Below, piece after piece: positions 1 to 13,502 of a stretch of DNA of 60,583 nt. The notes beneath the pieces were generated by a model. That model made no database searches and had not been told where the DNA came from. It saw only the letters and a program-made list of their open reading frames with translations. The stretch is from NCBI RefSeq assembly GCF_001194135.2, contig NC_068982.1, forward strand, positions 39,940,549-40,001,131, read 5' to 3'. The stretch is from Octopus bimaculoides. Taxonomy: Eukaryota. The position numbers and the translations under genes were made by a program. Position 1 is the first letter of the stretch. The number at the start of each line of letters is the position of its first letter.

Positions 1-323
1 TTGCTATTCCATAATGTTGGCATAGCTTCCAGTGTATATAGGTCCCAGCTCTGTCGTGTCTGTGAATATATTCCTTCTTAGCCAGGACTGGGCAGCCAGA
101 GATAATATGATTTATTGTTTCTTGTCGATCTCCACATATTCTACAGTTACTTGTTATATTTCTTTTCATTATGTGTTTTTGGTAATTTCTGGTGGGGAGG
201 CTTTGGTCTTGTGCAGCAATTAAAAATCCTTCAGTCTCTACTTTGAGTCCTGAGCTTCTCAGCCATCGCTGGGATTTTTCTCTGTCTATTTCTTTCGCAT
301 TTAGTTTAGCCCAGTATTTACCA

Positions 324-325
<2 letters not shown>
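1..325 (-). mobile_element. R4/Dong-like (RLE-type) non-LTR retrotransposon, 5'-truncated fragment; runs off the window start
   Basis: Manual translation of the minus strand gives 108 open codons: HGKYWAKLNAKEIDREKSQRWLRSSGLKVETEGFLIAAQDQSLPTRNYQKHIMKRNITSNCRICGDRQETINHIISGCPVLAKKEYIHRHDRAGTYIHWKLCQHYGIA. It contains the CCHC knuckle (CRIC..H....C) and the RHD motif that precede the RLE domain. Missed by the ORF track. Confidence 0.9.
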
Positions 326-362
<37 letters not shown>

Positions 363-390
363 CATTATTATTATTATTATTATTATTATT
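326..390. repeat. (TTA)n/(TAA)n microsatellite directly abutting the truncated 5' end of the RLE element
   Basis: Direct reading. Confidence 0.95.
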
Positions 391-990
391 TACAGCATTA
401 ATATGTCGATATCTTGGTTGTAAATGTTTAAGATTTCAGGAAATATCACAAAATTCCGATTGTTGAATACGAAATCAATTATTAATAGAATTAAATACGG
501 CAACTAGTTACATATCTCTTTAATGTATGCTTTGCTTTCACACTAATTGTTATATACTAAATTTTATATACTAAATGTCTAATCGACCTATCTGTGTCAC
601 GTTACTGACTCTGCTGGGGCCGAAACATGAAATATTCCATCTATCATCGCTGATGTCTCCTTTTCGACTAATTAGCTATTATATAAACCTAGGATTGGCT
701 AACTATGAATTTGTCGGTAGATAGATTTGTTATAGACAGTAAAACCTCCATAGACGTTACCAGATTAATGTGACATTTGTGAAATTACTATCATTGTGTG
801 TCACTACTTCAGCGGTTATCGTTGATGTTTTTTTTTCTTTTTTTTCCTACTGTTGCAGCAGTTAGAGACGATGATGACGAAGATGACAATAACGATATTT
901 GCCGCAGGCTAGACTTAAATTCGCAAACCATTAATGAAAAACATTCCGGCCCTTACCTTTTCCTGCCTTTTTAAATTACGTGTGCATGTA

Positions 991-1030
<40 letters not shown>

Positions 1031-2186
1031 AGTAAAAAGGATGTTACTCATTTGTTTTTTATTCGTCTGCATTGGAATCTGNNNNNNNNNNNNNNNNNNN
1101 NNNNNNNNNNNNNNNNNNNNNNNNNNNNNNNNNNNNNNNNNNNNNNNNNNNNNNNNNNNNNNNNNNNNNNNNNNNNNNNNNNNNNNNNNNNNNNNNNNNN
1201 NNNNNNNNNNNNNNNNNNNNNNNNNNNNNNNNNNNNNNNNNNNNNNNNNNNNNNNNNNNNNNNNNNNNNNNNNNNNNNNNNNNNNNNNNNNNNNNNNNNN
1301 NNNNNNNNNNNNNNNNNNNNNNNNNNNNNNNNNNNNNNNNNNNNNNNNNNNNNNNNNNNNNNNNNNNNNNNNNNNNNNNNNNNNNNNNNNNNNNNNNNNN
1401 NNNNNNNNNNNNNNNNNNNNNNNNNNNNNNNNNNNNNNNNNNNNNNNNNNNNNNNNNNNNNNNNNNNNNNNNNNNNNATATATATATATATATATGTATG
1501 TATGTATATATACATATATATATACATATGCATATATGTGTATATATAAATATATGTATACACACATACATATATATATCTACACATACATGTATATACA
1601 TACACATATGTAGATATACACAGGCATAGATATATATATACACATACATATATATATATGCACATACATACACATATATATGCATATATATATACACATA
1701 CATACACATATATATATATATATACATAGGTATATACACACACATATATATATATATGAATATGCACATATATACATGCATACATGTATATGTGGGTGTA
1801 TGTATTTATGTATGCATGTACTGCATTATAACTGAAAGGATATGATTCCCAGTACTCAGATTTAACCGTTTCTGATCGTCACAGATAAACCGAGACTGGT
1901 TTTATTTTGAAATGCCCACTGAGAAAATATATTTCGAAAAGTTTGGAGAAAACAAATTAATATAAAGATAAATACTTTCTTCAAACTTTCAATCCATATT
2001 TCAAAGAATATTTACTCAGTGGGTATATCTAAAGAAAACCAGTCATGCTTTACCAGCTACTCATTTGGTGAATCGACTGAGATTTGTAAGTCATCAGAAA
2101 CGATAATTTATAGGTTTTAAAACAATTGTTTTAATACAATCTTTGTTTAAATGCTTGTATGTATGTATGTATATATGTATGCATGT

Positions 2187-3246
2187 CGGTATTCAGCTTA
2201 TTTCAAGATGTCTTGCCAACAGGGAAAGAACCAGTTTCTAACCTAGGTCCAAGGCTCCTTCATTGAAATTTCAACATCAACAACAGGATATTTGTGTATG
2301 TATGTACGTACGTATGTATGTATGTATGTATGTATTCTCATGCCTATAGATGCATATCGAGACATGCCCATATATATTTAAATGATAAACTTCTGGAAAG
2401 TTTTACAGATTTTTACAGTTCCAGTGATGGATTGGATCTGAAATCTTCGAATTAGCTTTCTCCTTTCTGGTTTTGAGAAACCTAATTTCTCAAGATTGGT
2501 ATTTAGGCAGTGTCTTATATATCTCAAGGCCCCAATAATTACAGGTGTAAACCTGAACTGTGTAGTCTAGATACAGTAACTGCAGATTTCTCAATAGTTT
2601 ACCATAGATGTTCTCTTTTTCACTGATCTTCACCTTTATGTTAACATCCGCTGGGCAACTAATTTCCACAACTGTGCACAGTTTCTCTTCTCAATCTCAG
2701 ATCATTATATCAAGCCTGTTGTGCTTACATTTTATTGAGGTCTTCACTGGTACATTCCACCAGTATTCCTTTTTATCATGAGTGGCTATTGCTTCTATCA
2801 TATTGTGGGTTCTTATTTCTTTGTCCCCGGGATTATCCTTCCGACGGATTTCATTATAGAGTGTCCTAGCTACAACGTCATGTCTCATCGGTAGATAATA
2901 CCGTGATGACGTTTTCGGAGAACTGTTTATGATGTGGGTGATATCTCTGAGTGAATTCCACAAAGTCTGCATCGGTTGTCATACGTTATGGATTTTCCTG
3001 CAACCCTATCCTTTTGTGCATTAGGTTCTTCGTTGATATTTCCTGTTCCTGGATTGCATGCGCATACCCTTCAAATTGGGAGGTATTAATCCGGCTATTG
3101 GTCCATGATAAATTGCTTTGATGATCGATGTTACTATCATCACGGAACTTTCTAGTAACATATCGATGCATTGTCTTCTGCTCATATAGGCTCATCTTTT
3201 CATCTGATGATACGTTACGGTAGAGTCGTGCGACGCCTTTGGGCAT
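2187..3246 (-). mobile_element. Second RLE-type (R4/Dong-like) non-LTR retrotransposon family: 3' ~1.05 kb with frameshifts and 3' UTR
   Basis: Minus-strand frames: ...SQFEGYAHAIQEQEISTK / YDNRCRLCGIH / DITHIINSS (CCHC, last C lost) / PMRHDVVAR / WWNVPVKTSIKCKHNRLDIMI / KLCTVVEISCPADVNIK (RLE PD-(D/E)xK region, RPD changed to RLD). Stop ...FII* at 2378. The 3' UTR has an internal (TACA)n. Both ends lie in (TATG)n arrays. Confidence 0.88.
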
Positions 3247-3279
3247 GTATGTATGTACGTATGTATGTATGTATGTATG

Positions 3280-3312
<33 letters not shown>

Positions 3313-4078
3313 GCAGATTTGTATGTCTTATGCATGTATTATCATGCATAAGTTACATATTTATGAATGTATGTACGTATGTGTGTATGTATTTATGTAA
3401 TATGTATATAAACTTGCACTGTCGAATATATTCCTCGTCTTTTTTTTTCTATAAATGCAATACATAGAGTATGACTTGAGGCAGGATTAACTACTGTTTC
3501 TTCCAAGCTGAAAAACCATATCGACACTCTCTCCTTGATTCGTTCACGTATTCACTATTGCGTCATGTAGAAAGGACAGTGATGTGAAACTAGCTGGAGG
3601 CATAAATGCAAATGTATTTATTACAGTAAATTAAGCTGTTTCTTCTGTGAGTAAGAGGAAGAGTATATAAAATCATTGTCAATCAAAAATGCTGTTTTAT
3701 TTTTACCTCTTTTTCAATTGCAATCGAAATTGATAATGATGAAAATTGATTAAACGTAGGTGGATAGAGGCGTTTTAGATATGCCACTGCTCAAGCTTCC
3801 ATTAAATTTTATTCTCAAAGAAAATGTCGCAGATGTGCAGAGGTGGAAAGCGAGAACGAGAGAAAGAAAGAGACAGATAATATTTGCTTATTTAAAATAA
3901 ATAAACGCTTGCATATTTTATAAATATATAACTGTATACTTATATGTAGTTGTACATTTGTTAGTTTACAAATACAAGCATGGATACAGTGTCAAAATGT
4001 TTTATATCTAAGAGGATAAAGAAAAATTGTGCATGTATGCATACACGAACACACACACATACACACACAGGGAGACAG

Positions 4079-4161
<83 letters not shown>

Positions 4162-4311
4162 TGACGTCTTAAGAATTTATACACTTAGAGAGAACACGAA
4201 ATATTTCTTGTTTGTTTTGTTTCATTGTAATAGTGGATCTCGAATTAGATAAAGCTATAAATAAGTGCATGTGAATATTGGATTAAAACCCTTTTCAAAA
4301 AGAAAGTCGAA

Positions 4312-4376
4312 GGTTGCCCCTGGGACTCGAAGCATCATTTCGTGTTAGGACAGACGGTACACCATTGCACCAAAAC
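4312..4376 (-). pseudogene. Degenerate tRNA-like sequence (Val-AAC-like) or decayed SINE head
   Basis: Reverse complement GTTTTGGTGCAATGGTGTACCGTCTGTCCTAACACGAAATGATGCTTCGAGTCCCAGGGGCAACC has an A-box-like GGTGCAATGG, a CCTAACACG anticodon-loop-like segment and a B-box-like TTCGAGTCC. Stems are poor. Confidence 0.3.
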
Positions 4377-4480
4377 AATTCTTCGAATTTTTCAATCCAT
4401 TTTAGAAAGTTTATTTATTTAGAAACTTTATTTACGTGGGGGTGGGGATACAGAGAGTTAAAGAGACAGATCGCTTGATG

Positions 4481-4516
<36 letters not shown>

Positions 4517-4517
4517 T

Positions 4518-4562
<45 letters not shown>

Positions 4563-7500
4563 CAGGCAGATAGATAGATATATACATACAGAGACAAACA
4601 GGGAGAGAGGCATACAGAAAGGCAGACAAGCAGACAGAGGGGTATACATACAGACAGATAGGCATACAGACACAGAGAGACAGACAAACATACAAACAGG
4701 CAGAGATTGGCATTGTTTTTTGAGAACGAAGCTGACCACTTAGTACCTCAAGAACCCTGCGCACTTAAGCAGAGTAATTAATGTGTTTTTGAAATTGATG
4801 ACTCCAAAAATGTGTGTACACGTTTCATTTTTCAAGAAGTCTTCCAAAGAACTAAGGCCGTTGGAGTCAGAATTTTACTCATGTGCTTTTGTGTATATGT
4901 TTCCTTGTCCCCATGGATGAGTGATTGTGTGCGCACATGTGTGATTGTGTGACTGTGTGTATGTGTGTGGAACTTTTAATAAAAGATGTTTATATCTCAT
5001 TATACTATGAAGAAGTTTAGACATTTCATGTGCACTTGCCAATAGTACAAAAATTTAGTACTTAGTTGAATACGTGATAAATTAACAATAACGATACAGC
5101 TGTGAGACACGATTTTAAAATCTACATGTAAGCGCAATATATAATAAAATATGCTATAACATAATATAATATATATATATAATATGACAAGATAATACAA
5201 CATAATATATGTAGTATATATATAAAAAGATGTGTGCTTGTATGTATATATACTTATATAGATATATGTATATGAGTAGACATGTATGTGAGTCGAGTAA
5301 CACCATCTTTTTTCAAAAGTGTTAGAAATATTATAGTTTTCTCTCTCTCTCTTTCTTTCTTTCTCTCCCCCTCTCTCTATTTCTTCCATCTGTGAGCAAT
5401 GTTAAAGATTCAAAATAACAGTAAAAGTGCTCATTTATTTCAAATTCCGCTGAAAGTTGCATGTATGGAGTTTGTTTGCAGATTGCTTACCAGCTGTCTC
5501 AGCCAAAGTCAAAGCTTTCTAGGTCGGTTTTGTATTATTTTTGTGCTCCAAGCGAAATCTGTAGCCTCCGATGTTGCTAAAACTTACATGTTGATTTCCT
5601 CTGCCGAATAAGTTAGCCTGAAGATGTCATTTACTATCAATAGAATGAAGTGCAGGAATACCAGTTCTCCCATATTTGTGAGGACTTTTAAAACGGATAC
5701 ACTTTTCCTATAGGTATTCGTAGTCCTAAAATAGAAATATTGTTATGCACTGGTTTACCTGTGAGGACGTAAATCAGCAAATCAGAAGTGGCAATGGTGG
5801 CTAAAAGAATTCACCCAACCAGTTATTAAGTCGATAGCTCAGAGAGCAGAAGCCTAGTGTAGTCGGGGGCGATGCCTCTGCTAAACACCTTTCTGTTATA
5901 TTCAGGTTTGCTAATGGCATCTTTACAACAGTTGACGTGTTGAAGATTTACAACATAGATTTGAGTATTTCGAACCGAACCTGAGCCAAGATACATTTTA
6001 AAAATACAAGGGACCGCACATGCCAGAGACGAGAGGTTTAATTCTTGAATTAAACCTGTTTTCTGTATTTTACTGGGATGGTAGATAGCTGTAAGTTTGA
6101 TATACCTTATAAGATTTTTATATTGTTATATTCTGTTTGCGATATATTATTTATCAATATTCGTTTATCAATATTCGTCCACGTTGTATATATGATATGA
6201 GTGCGTACATACCTTTATGTGGGCCTATCTGCATTTGTGTATGTATGCATGTATGTATGTACGTACGTATGTATGTACGTACGTACGTATGTATGTATGT
6301 ATGTATGTATGTATGTATGTATGTATGTATGTATGTATGTATGAATTTATATTTGTAACCGTGTCTATGTAGAATAATAAAGAATACCACGAGTTTATTG
6401 TAAAAGTCTGATATTCAAATTCGGTAATGAATTAAGCAGTGCTTGTTAGCCAAACTAAAATCAGCGTCCGCAGTTTTTAAACTTTAATCCTTAATAATAT
6501 TTAATTTCATAAAACGAATAAATGTAACGCAAATGTGTAAAGAAGCCAAATATAAGAGCCGAAAACTAGAGATTACGTTGCTTCTCCATATGTTGTAAGA
6601 AAAAGGAATATCTACATTTAAGTCGTCATGATAGGATTGTTCTTTTATATTGAAGTAGTGTTGTCGTAAAACCGCCTTCCGAAAACATTCATTTATAGAG
6701 AATGATATTTTGAATGACTAAGATTATTGCTGCAAATCTTTGTCTATTCATTTATATCTCGGAGTTTTTGCAAGCTTAATGCTTCGAAATAATCTAGTTT
6801 TCAGTTAAATGTGCTTAAGATGTGTGTATAGAAACGCACCCAAGTATGTGTTCCGGGGAGATCTATCGATTTTAGCATCATGTTGCGTTTGTATTCCTAA
6901 TGCATGTAGCACTTACTATGTGTGGTTTTTCGCTGTGTAAACGACAGCATGCTGCTTAAAATACGATCTGATAATATTTGCAAGTATTATTACGAGCTGC
7001 GTCTGAAAATTTCCTGATGGATTTGAAGATAACCAAAGCATATCGCGTCTATAGTCTCTATGGAAAAAGTTTTGTTTTTCAGAGTGACTAAAAAGGAATA
7101 GTTTATCCATCATTACTAACCTACCCAGACAAAGAAATTTCTAATTTCCAGCGTCCAGCAATTGCTTTTATTAGTAATATATTAGTTGTACTCTGACAAA
7201 TCTTTACAACAATAATAATCGAGCTTCCAATTACTACACATTTTAGTTATTATATTAGTTGTTCCTACATATGTCCGTGATGAAAATAGTAAGATATATT
7301 GCTCTAGAGACACAAACAATATAGAAACATGGATTTTATTTTGCTGCTTATAAAAAGGGTGTCATGTGTACAAAATCAAAGTATTCGATTTGAAGTGAAC
7401 ATACGTTTTTATGTAACCGAAATTATGCTGGTATATCCACCAATTCCCTATATAATTATCTTTTTTCTGTCCATGTCCCATTTCTGTTTGCATAAGGACG

Positions 7501-8211
7501 TGATGCATATTTTGGAGAAGGGCAGGATTCCTACACATATACACAAACATTCACACACACACACACATATATGTGTGCGCGTGTTTGTATGTGTGTATGG
7601 TGAGTGCTAAATATGAAATTTATTTTTGTATCTTCAACCTGTGAAATGGAATCCACTTAAACTGAGTTGTACCCTGGTATTCCAACTATGACCATCACCT
7701 CTTGTTTTTCTGTATTCGTTATACTTTAGACACTATATGTACAACCGAATTGTTCAGCTGTCCCTCCATGCTTAAATCGGGCTTTATTCTATCTAGTCTC
7801 TTATTGCCAATACATTGACAATGTGGTATTGGACATATATGATAGGTCATCATATGTCTCGAAAAACATAATTAAACTCACGGACTTTCAAATAAACTCT
7901 GCGTATTTATTTTTCGACGACCTAATGATCTATATCTGTAAATATCTACAATATACAAAAGAAGTCTTCCATTATTTTTCTAGTTTCAATCAATGAAATG
8001 TGGCCATGCCGAAGTAGCACCTTCAGTCATATCGAACGCATGAGGTATTTGTGTCTAGTATATATATTACGAATCTCTATCAGTCGAAAGGGTACGTTAT
8101 ACTCTACATAGAGCACAAGCTTGTACATCATAACACTTAAACACACATACGCACCTAATAACTCACAACGTATGATTACATTTGTATCAACTGTCAGCTG
8201 AGTATTCGTAC

Positions 8212-8298
<87 letters not shown>

Positions 8299-8335
8299 GC
8301 TCTCTCTCTATCATCCCTAGCTTCCTCACCTTCAG

Positions 8336-8489
8336 TGTTTTGCTAGACTCAATGTAGCAAAAAGCATTTCTATGTCTACTTGCAACACCATAGGTAGCTT
8401 AGAAAGCGAACAATGCGACATGCTCGCTTGCGAATTACAGCGAATGCATCTATGGCTAATTGAAATGTGTTTGTGTTCCTGCGCGTTTG
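8336..8489 (+). other. Candidate exon (coding status uncertain)
   Basis: (CT)n tract plus ..ctcaccttcag acceptor and TTTG|gtgagt donor. Frame 0 is open (CFARLNVAKSISMSTCNTIGSLESEQCDMLACELQRMHLWLIEMCLCSCAF), with no recognisable homology. Both splice signals sit next to microsatellites and could be coincidental. Confidence 0.3.
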
Positions 8490-8724
8490 GTGAGTATGTC
8501 AGTGTGTGTGGGTGTGTGTTTGTACTATGCACGTGCGTTCATTTGTATGAACACCCAGCCTTTCTTTACATACATTCCTCCCATTTCTAAAGTTAATGTG
8601 AGATTGCAGCAGAATACACTTAACCAATAAAGTCTGGAGATAATGTGGAATCGAACTCTGTAGTACAATGTTGCATTGCGAAACTCTCAATGACAAAAAT
8701 ATACGTGCAAATAGTCTCTAACTG

Positions 8725-8760
<36 letters not shown>

Positions 8761-9524
8761 NNNNNNNNNNNNNNNNNNNNNNNNNNNNNNNNNNNNNNNN
8801 NNNNNNNNNNNNNNNNNNNNNNNNNNNNNNNNNNNNNNNNNNNNNNNNNNNNNNNNNNNNNNNNNNNNNNNNNNNNNNNNNNNNNNNNNNNNNNNNNNNN
8901 NNNNNNNNNNNNNNNNNNNNNNNNNNNNNNNNNNNNNNNNNNNNNNNNNNNNNNNNNNNNNNNNNNNNNNNNNNNNNNNNNNNNNNNNNNNNNNNNNNNN
9001 NNNNNNNNNNNNNNNNNNNNNNNNNNNNNNNNNNNNNNNNNNNNNNNNNNNNNNNNNNNNNNNNNNNNNNNNNNNNNNNNNNNNNNNNNNNNNNNNNNNN
9101 NNNNNNNNNNNNNNNNNNNNNNNNNNNNNNNNNNNNNNNNNNNNNNNNNNNNNNNNNNNNNNNNNNNNNNNNNNNNNNNNNNNNNNNNNNNNNNNNNNNN
9201 NNNNNNNNNNNNNNNNNNNNNNNNNNNNNNNNNNNNNNNNNNNNNNNNNNNNNNNNNNNNNNNNNNNNNNNNNNNNNNNNNNNNNNNNNNNNNNNNNNNN
9301 NNNNNNNNNNNNNNNNNNNNNNNNNNNNNNNNNNNNNNNNNNNNNNNNNNNNNNNNNNNNNNNNNNNNNNNNNNNNNNNNNNNNNNNNNNNNNNNNNNNN
9401 NNNNNNNNNNNNNNNNNNNNNNNNNNNNNNNNNNNNNNNNNNNNNNNNNNNNNNNNNNNNNNNNNNNNNNNNNNNNNNNNNNNNNNNNNNNNNNNNNNNN
9501 NNNNNNNNNNNNNNNNNNNNNNNA

Positions 9525-9564
<40 letters not shown>

Positions 9565-9584
9565 TAGATAGATAGATAGATAGG

Positions 9585-9653
<69 letters not shown>

Positions 9654-10103
9654 TCAATTAAAATTAATATGAAGGAGCATCTTAACACTTCTTTATTTTG
9701 TAGATATGCTTCGATGGAAAGTGACGAATTCTTAAATTTCATAATTATTTTCTCATTAAAATTTAACATTTCTTATTGGTAGAGCAACGCGAGAACTTTT
9801 ATATTCTTAGATTTAAATATAGAGTCTTTTTACTCGAACGGTATTACTGGATAAATAATAAGCATCTCCTCAACACACATGAAGAACACACTTTATAATG
9901 AGATGAATAAGTGAGCGTGACACTCCAGCGAAAATCATAAATCAATAAATGAGTTGTACTGTTTCACTACGGAAAGTTATTAAATATTATGAACCACGAC
10001 ATATGTACGTGCATTCCATTAACCGCTATATAAGTTTCCCGTGATTCATATCCACACACAACACACGCAGAGAAAAACAAATGTGTATAAATACATACAT
10101 ACA

Positions 10104-10137
<34 letters not shown>

Positions 10138-10270
10138 TACGCGTGCACATACATACACTTAAGCAAATGTACATACATGTTTATATGTGACGTATATATC
10201 TAAATTATGTGACGTATATATCTAAATTATATTATATGTATGTGAGTGTGTGAGTGTGTGAGTGTGTGTG

Positions 10271-10301
<31 letters not shown>

Positions 10302-10809
10302 TGTGCATCTAACATACTCATAGATACGGTGCTATATGCGTATTCGGTAAATCGCAATGTATATGCACACATTTTGATATACACCCGCACAAGGTAATGC
10401 AGATTGATGCGTACGTATATACATAACTTCACGCGCACATATATATGTATACATATGTATATATTTATATATACCGTATTTTGACGTGTATAAGGAACCA
10501 TTTTTGGTCAAAACTTAGTTTAAATAAGATATGGGAGTTTTTTTATACATGGATAGTATTATAATCCCTTACAAAACCTTTTTTCCAAATTTTAAGCCCC
10601 CAAAATTAGGGGATTCTTATACACGTTAAAATACGGTATCTATATGTATATATATATAAAACAATCAAGGTGGGTAGCAGCAATCTAAAACCAACAAGGA
10701 AATAATTCACCGACACTAAGAGTGACAATGGTGCAGTGAGCACCAACATTGCCAGATATAGAAGTCTTAGACTCCTTAGCAACGAAACCACATGATCTTT
10801 CAGAGAAAG

Positions 10810-10840
<31 letters not shown>

Positions 10841-11339
10841 TTGACAGACAGAGAGGCAGGCAGGCAGTCAGGTAGGTAGGTCGGTAGGTAGGTAGGTAGT
10901 TAGGTAGATAGATAGATAAATATATAGAAACAGAAACGAATGTACAAGCGCATACAAGCACTGCATATGTATATACATACGTTAACGCAAGTTGAAGTAT
11001 GCTTCCTAAATACATAGGCAATGGATATATCTAGTGTATGCCTGTATATTGACATATGCCACAGTTCATATGTGTGAATGAATCGTGCATATGAATGTAT
11101 AGGCATATTTCCTCTAGTACATATTTGCCGACACTGGAAGAATGAAATTTAATGGCAATAAAGTTTAAATGTTGGTAACCGCACCATGACCAAATCCTAT
11201 CGAGTTGTAATACATTGAGTCTGCCTGCTTTAGCTGATATGTTTGTATAGAAGTGCGCGTATATATATTGCTCAAGCAAAAATACCCTCTCCTGCTTATA
11301 GAAAATAGCATACAACGTGCAAAAGAGATACCTATAGAA

Positions 11340-12360
11340 CAACTTAGGGTAACAAGAGAAAGATGAACCTATCAACGGAACACAATACCATTTCTAATAA
11401 CACACACTCCGCATCACCAAAACATTTTTAACATCATCAAAACAATTTTGCCAATCATGAAACAAAGTGAAAAATTTAAAAAGCATAAGAACTAATCAAA
11501 CTACCATTTTAAGCAAAAGGCAACCACATAACCTAAAGAAACTATTAAGAAAAGTAAAATTCAACATGAACAAACAGGATGTAACATTCACAGTATCCAA
11601 GTGTAATGATAACAGATGTGGAACGTGTCAATACATGCATAATTGTAGATCCATTAGAACAAAAAATGGACAGATTTTCGCAAATGAGATATGAACTGCG
11701 GAAGCAGAAATTTAATCTACTGCATTAAATGCCCTAAATGCGAGGAACTATATATTGGCGAGACAGGGAATGCATTATCGGAACAGTCATGAGTTCACAG
11801 ACAACAAATCCGTAGCACTAATGTTCGCCAAATTCTATTGAAGATATAGAAACATGTGGTTAGAAAATGTTGCTAAATTTTCCTTTCTACAAACTACATA
11901 ACACAAGTGAGGTTGGAAGAAAGATAAAAGAAACACGTTTATTAAAATGTTCAAAACCTGATCTGAACGGAAATAACAACAATAATATAACAACCAGTTA
12001 ATCATGTGGATTAAAAAGTATCTTTACCATATGAATATAAACAAATTACAGAAATTCACGACTGATTGAAATAACAACGATCGAAACCAACTAAGTTTAC
12101 TCACTCATAAAGCCATTGCATGTAGACCGCAAGTTAATTGGTTAAAATAAAGGCGGGATCTATGCCAGTAATACCGGTGCACCCGGCAAACTGTGACGTT
12201 TAAGTGCATGTTGATTAGTCAAAATCGTATTCGAAAAATTCAGCCTGTTGGAGCCTTCTAAAAGGTACAAAAAGGAAAAAGTCGTTCATTTTACAACAGT
12301 TGTCAGTTAGATACATTCTGAAATCTGATGATTACTACTAACGTATGAAAGCGCTAATGG
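11340..12360 (+). mobile_element. Penelope-like element, 3' part (linker, GIY-YIG endonuclease, 3' terminal region)
   Basis: Frames: TIPFLITHTPHHQNIFNIIKTILPIMKQSEK / SKRQPHNLKKLLRKVKF..SKCNDNRCGTCQY / MNCGSRNLIYCIKCPKCEELYIGETG (GIY-YIG, starting 11691). Stops and frameshifts present. Confidence 0.9.
12320..12360 (+). ncRNA. Degenerate minimal hammerhead ribozyme motif downstream of the PLE ORF
   Basis: CTGATGA (12325-12331), TAC..GTA stem II remnant, GAAAGCGCTA with palindromic AGCGCT. Stem I is only 2 bp. Confidence 0.4.
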
Positions 12361-12803
12361 ATCTTTATGACCATTACAAAATACTTTTTTGATACTTAAC
12401 ACACTTCAACATTGTAATTTTTTTTTAATACAATAGTAAAAAACTAGAAAACCAGACCATGTTATAACTTTATTCAACGGATATATTATTCTAGACACAT
12501 TTACATAAATTCGTATATATGTAAATATATATATATATATATATAGTTGCTATTCTGTAAAAGTGTCGTAAGTCAAAATCATTCCTTTTTGAGAAAACGA
12601 AAAAGTCGTTTCCCCATTCCATAGCAAAGCCGTTGCACTACACTGTGACAATTTTTGATACATTGGCATCTGAAGCACCTCGAGATAAGATAGTTTGACC
12701 AAAAGAACCGGCTATTACAAGCAAAAAAAAATATTGAAAAACAAACGCATTCGCCCAAATTTGGACATACGAGATTTTAACTTAAGAGCAACGGTATATG
12801 CAT

Positions 12804-12915
<112 letters not shown>

Positions 12916-13471
12916 ATCGCAACATCAACTGGTAGAACAATGTTCCCAACTCAGATTTTCTTGCAAGATGTGACGTTCTCAGATTAGCCAGTCTCCTTAA
13001 CAGCGTGCAACTGAGGGTTGGCCATAGAAAGCACCCGATTATTTAAAGCCCTCTTCTTTGGTCATCTTAGCTCTGGAGACAGGCTCTGAAGGCCTGCTTG
13101 TAAACTTGCAGCTTATACCTGAATACAATAGAATTGGAAACGCTGAATAAATTTCAGAAGAGAAGCTCTCTCTATGAATACATCGACGTTTAGGTAGCCA
13201 GTGACAATACACTCATGGAGAAAATATGTCAGCGTAAAGTTGGGATCAATCTACCCAGAGGACAGTGAGCATCACAGCAACATCTGAAACTGGATCTGTA
13301 AATCTTAGATAGGCATGAATTCACTCATGAGATGACACGGCTAAACATCGAACAAAGAATATTTTGCTGATGATCTCTCAATCGTGGAAGCCACGAGAGA
13401 ATCAATAATGCATACATACATGCATACATACATACATACATACATGCATACTTACATACATACATACATGC

Positions 13472-13502
<31 letters not shown>

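Noticed and set aside
10180-10232. Short tandem duplications (24-bp unit here; 15-bp at 17490-17525; AT-rich ~50-bp units at 49900-50090)
   Set aside because: Ordinary slippage duplications; not spacer-repeat arrays and no CRISPR-like structure.
13150-13395. YFADDLSI motif suggesting an RTE/CR1-type reverse transcriptase remnant
   Set aside because: Flanking RT motifs could not be recovered in any frame; it may be an old LINE but is unproven.
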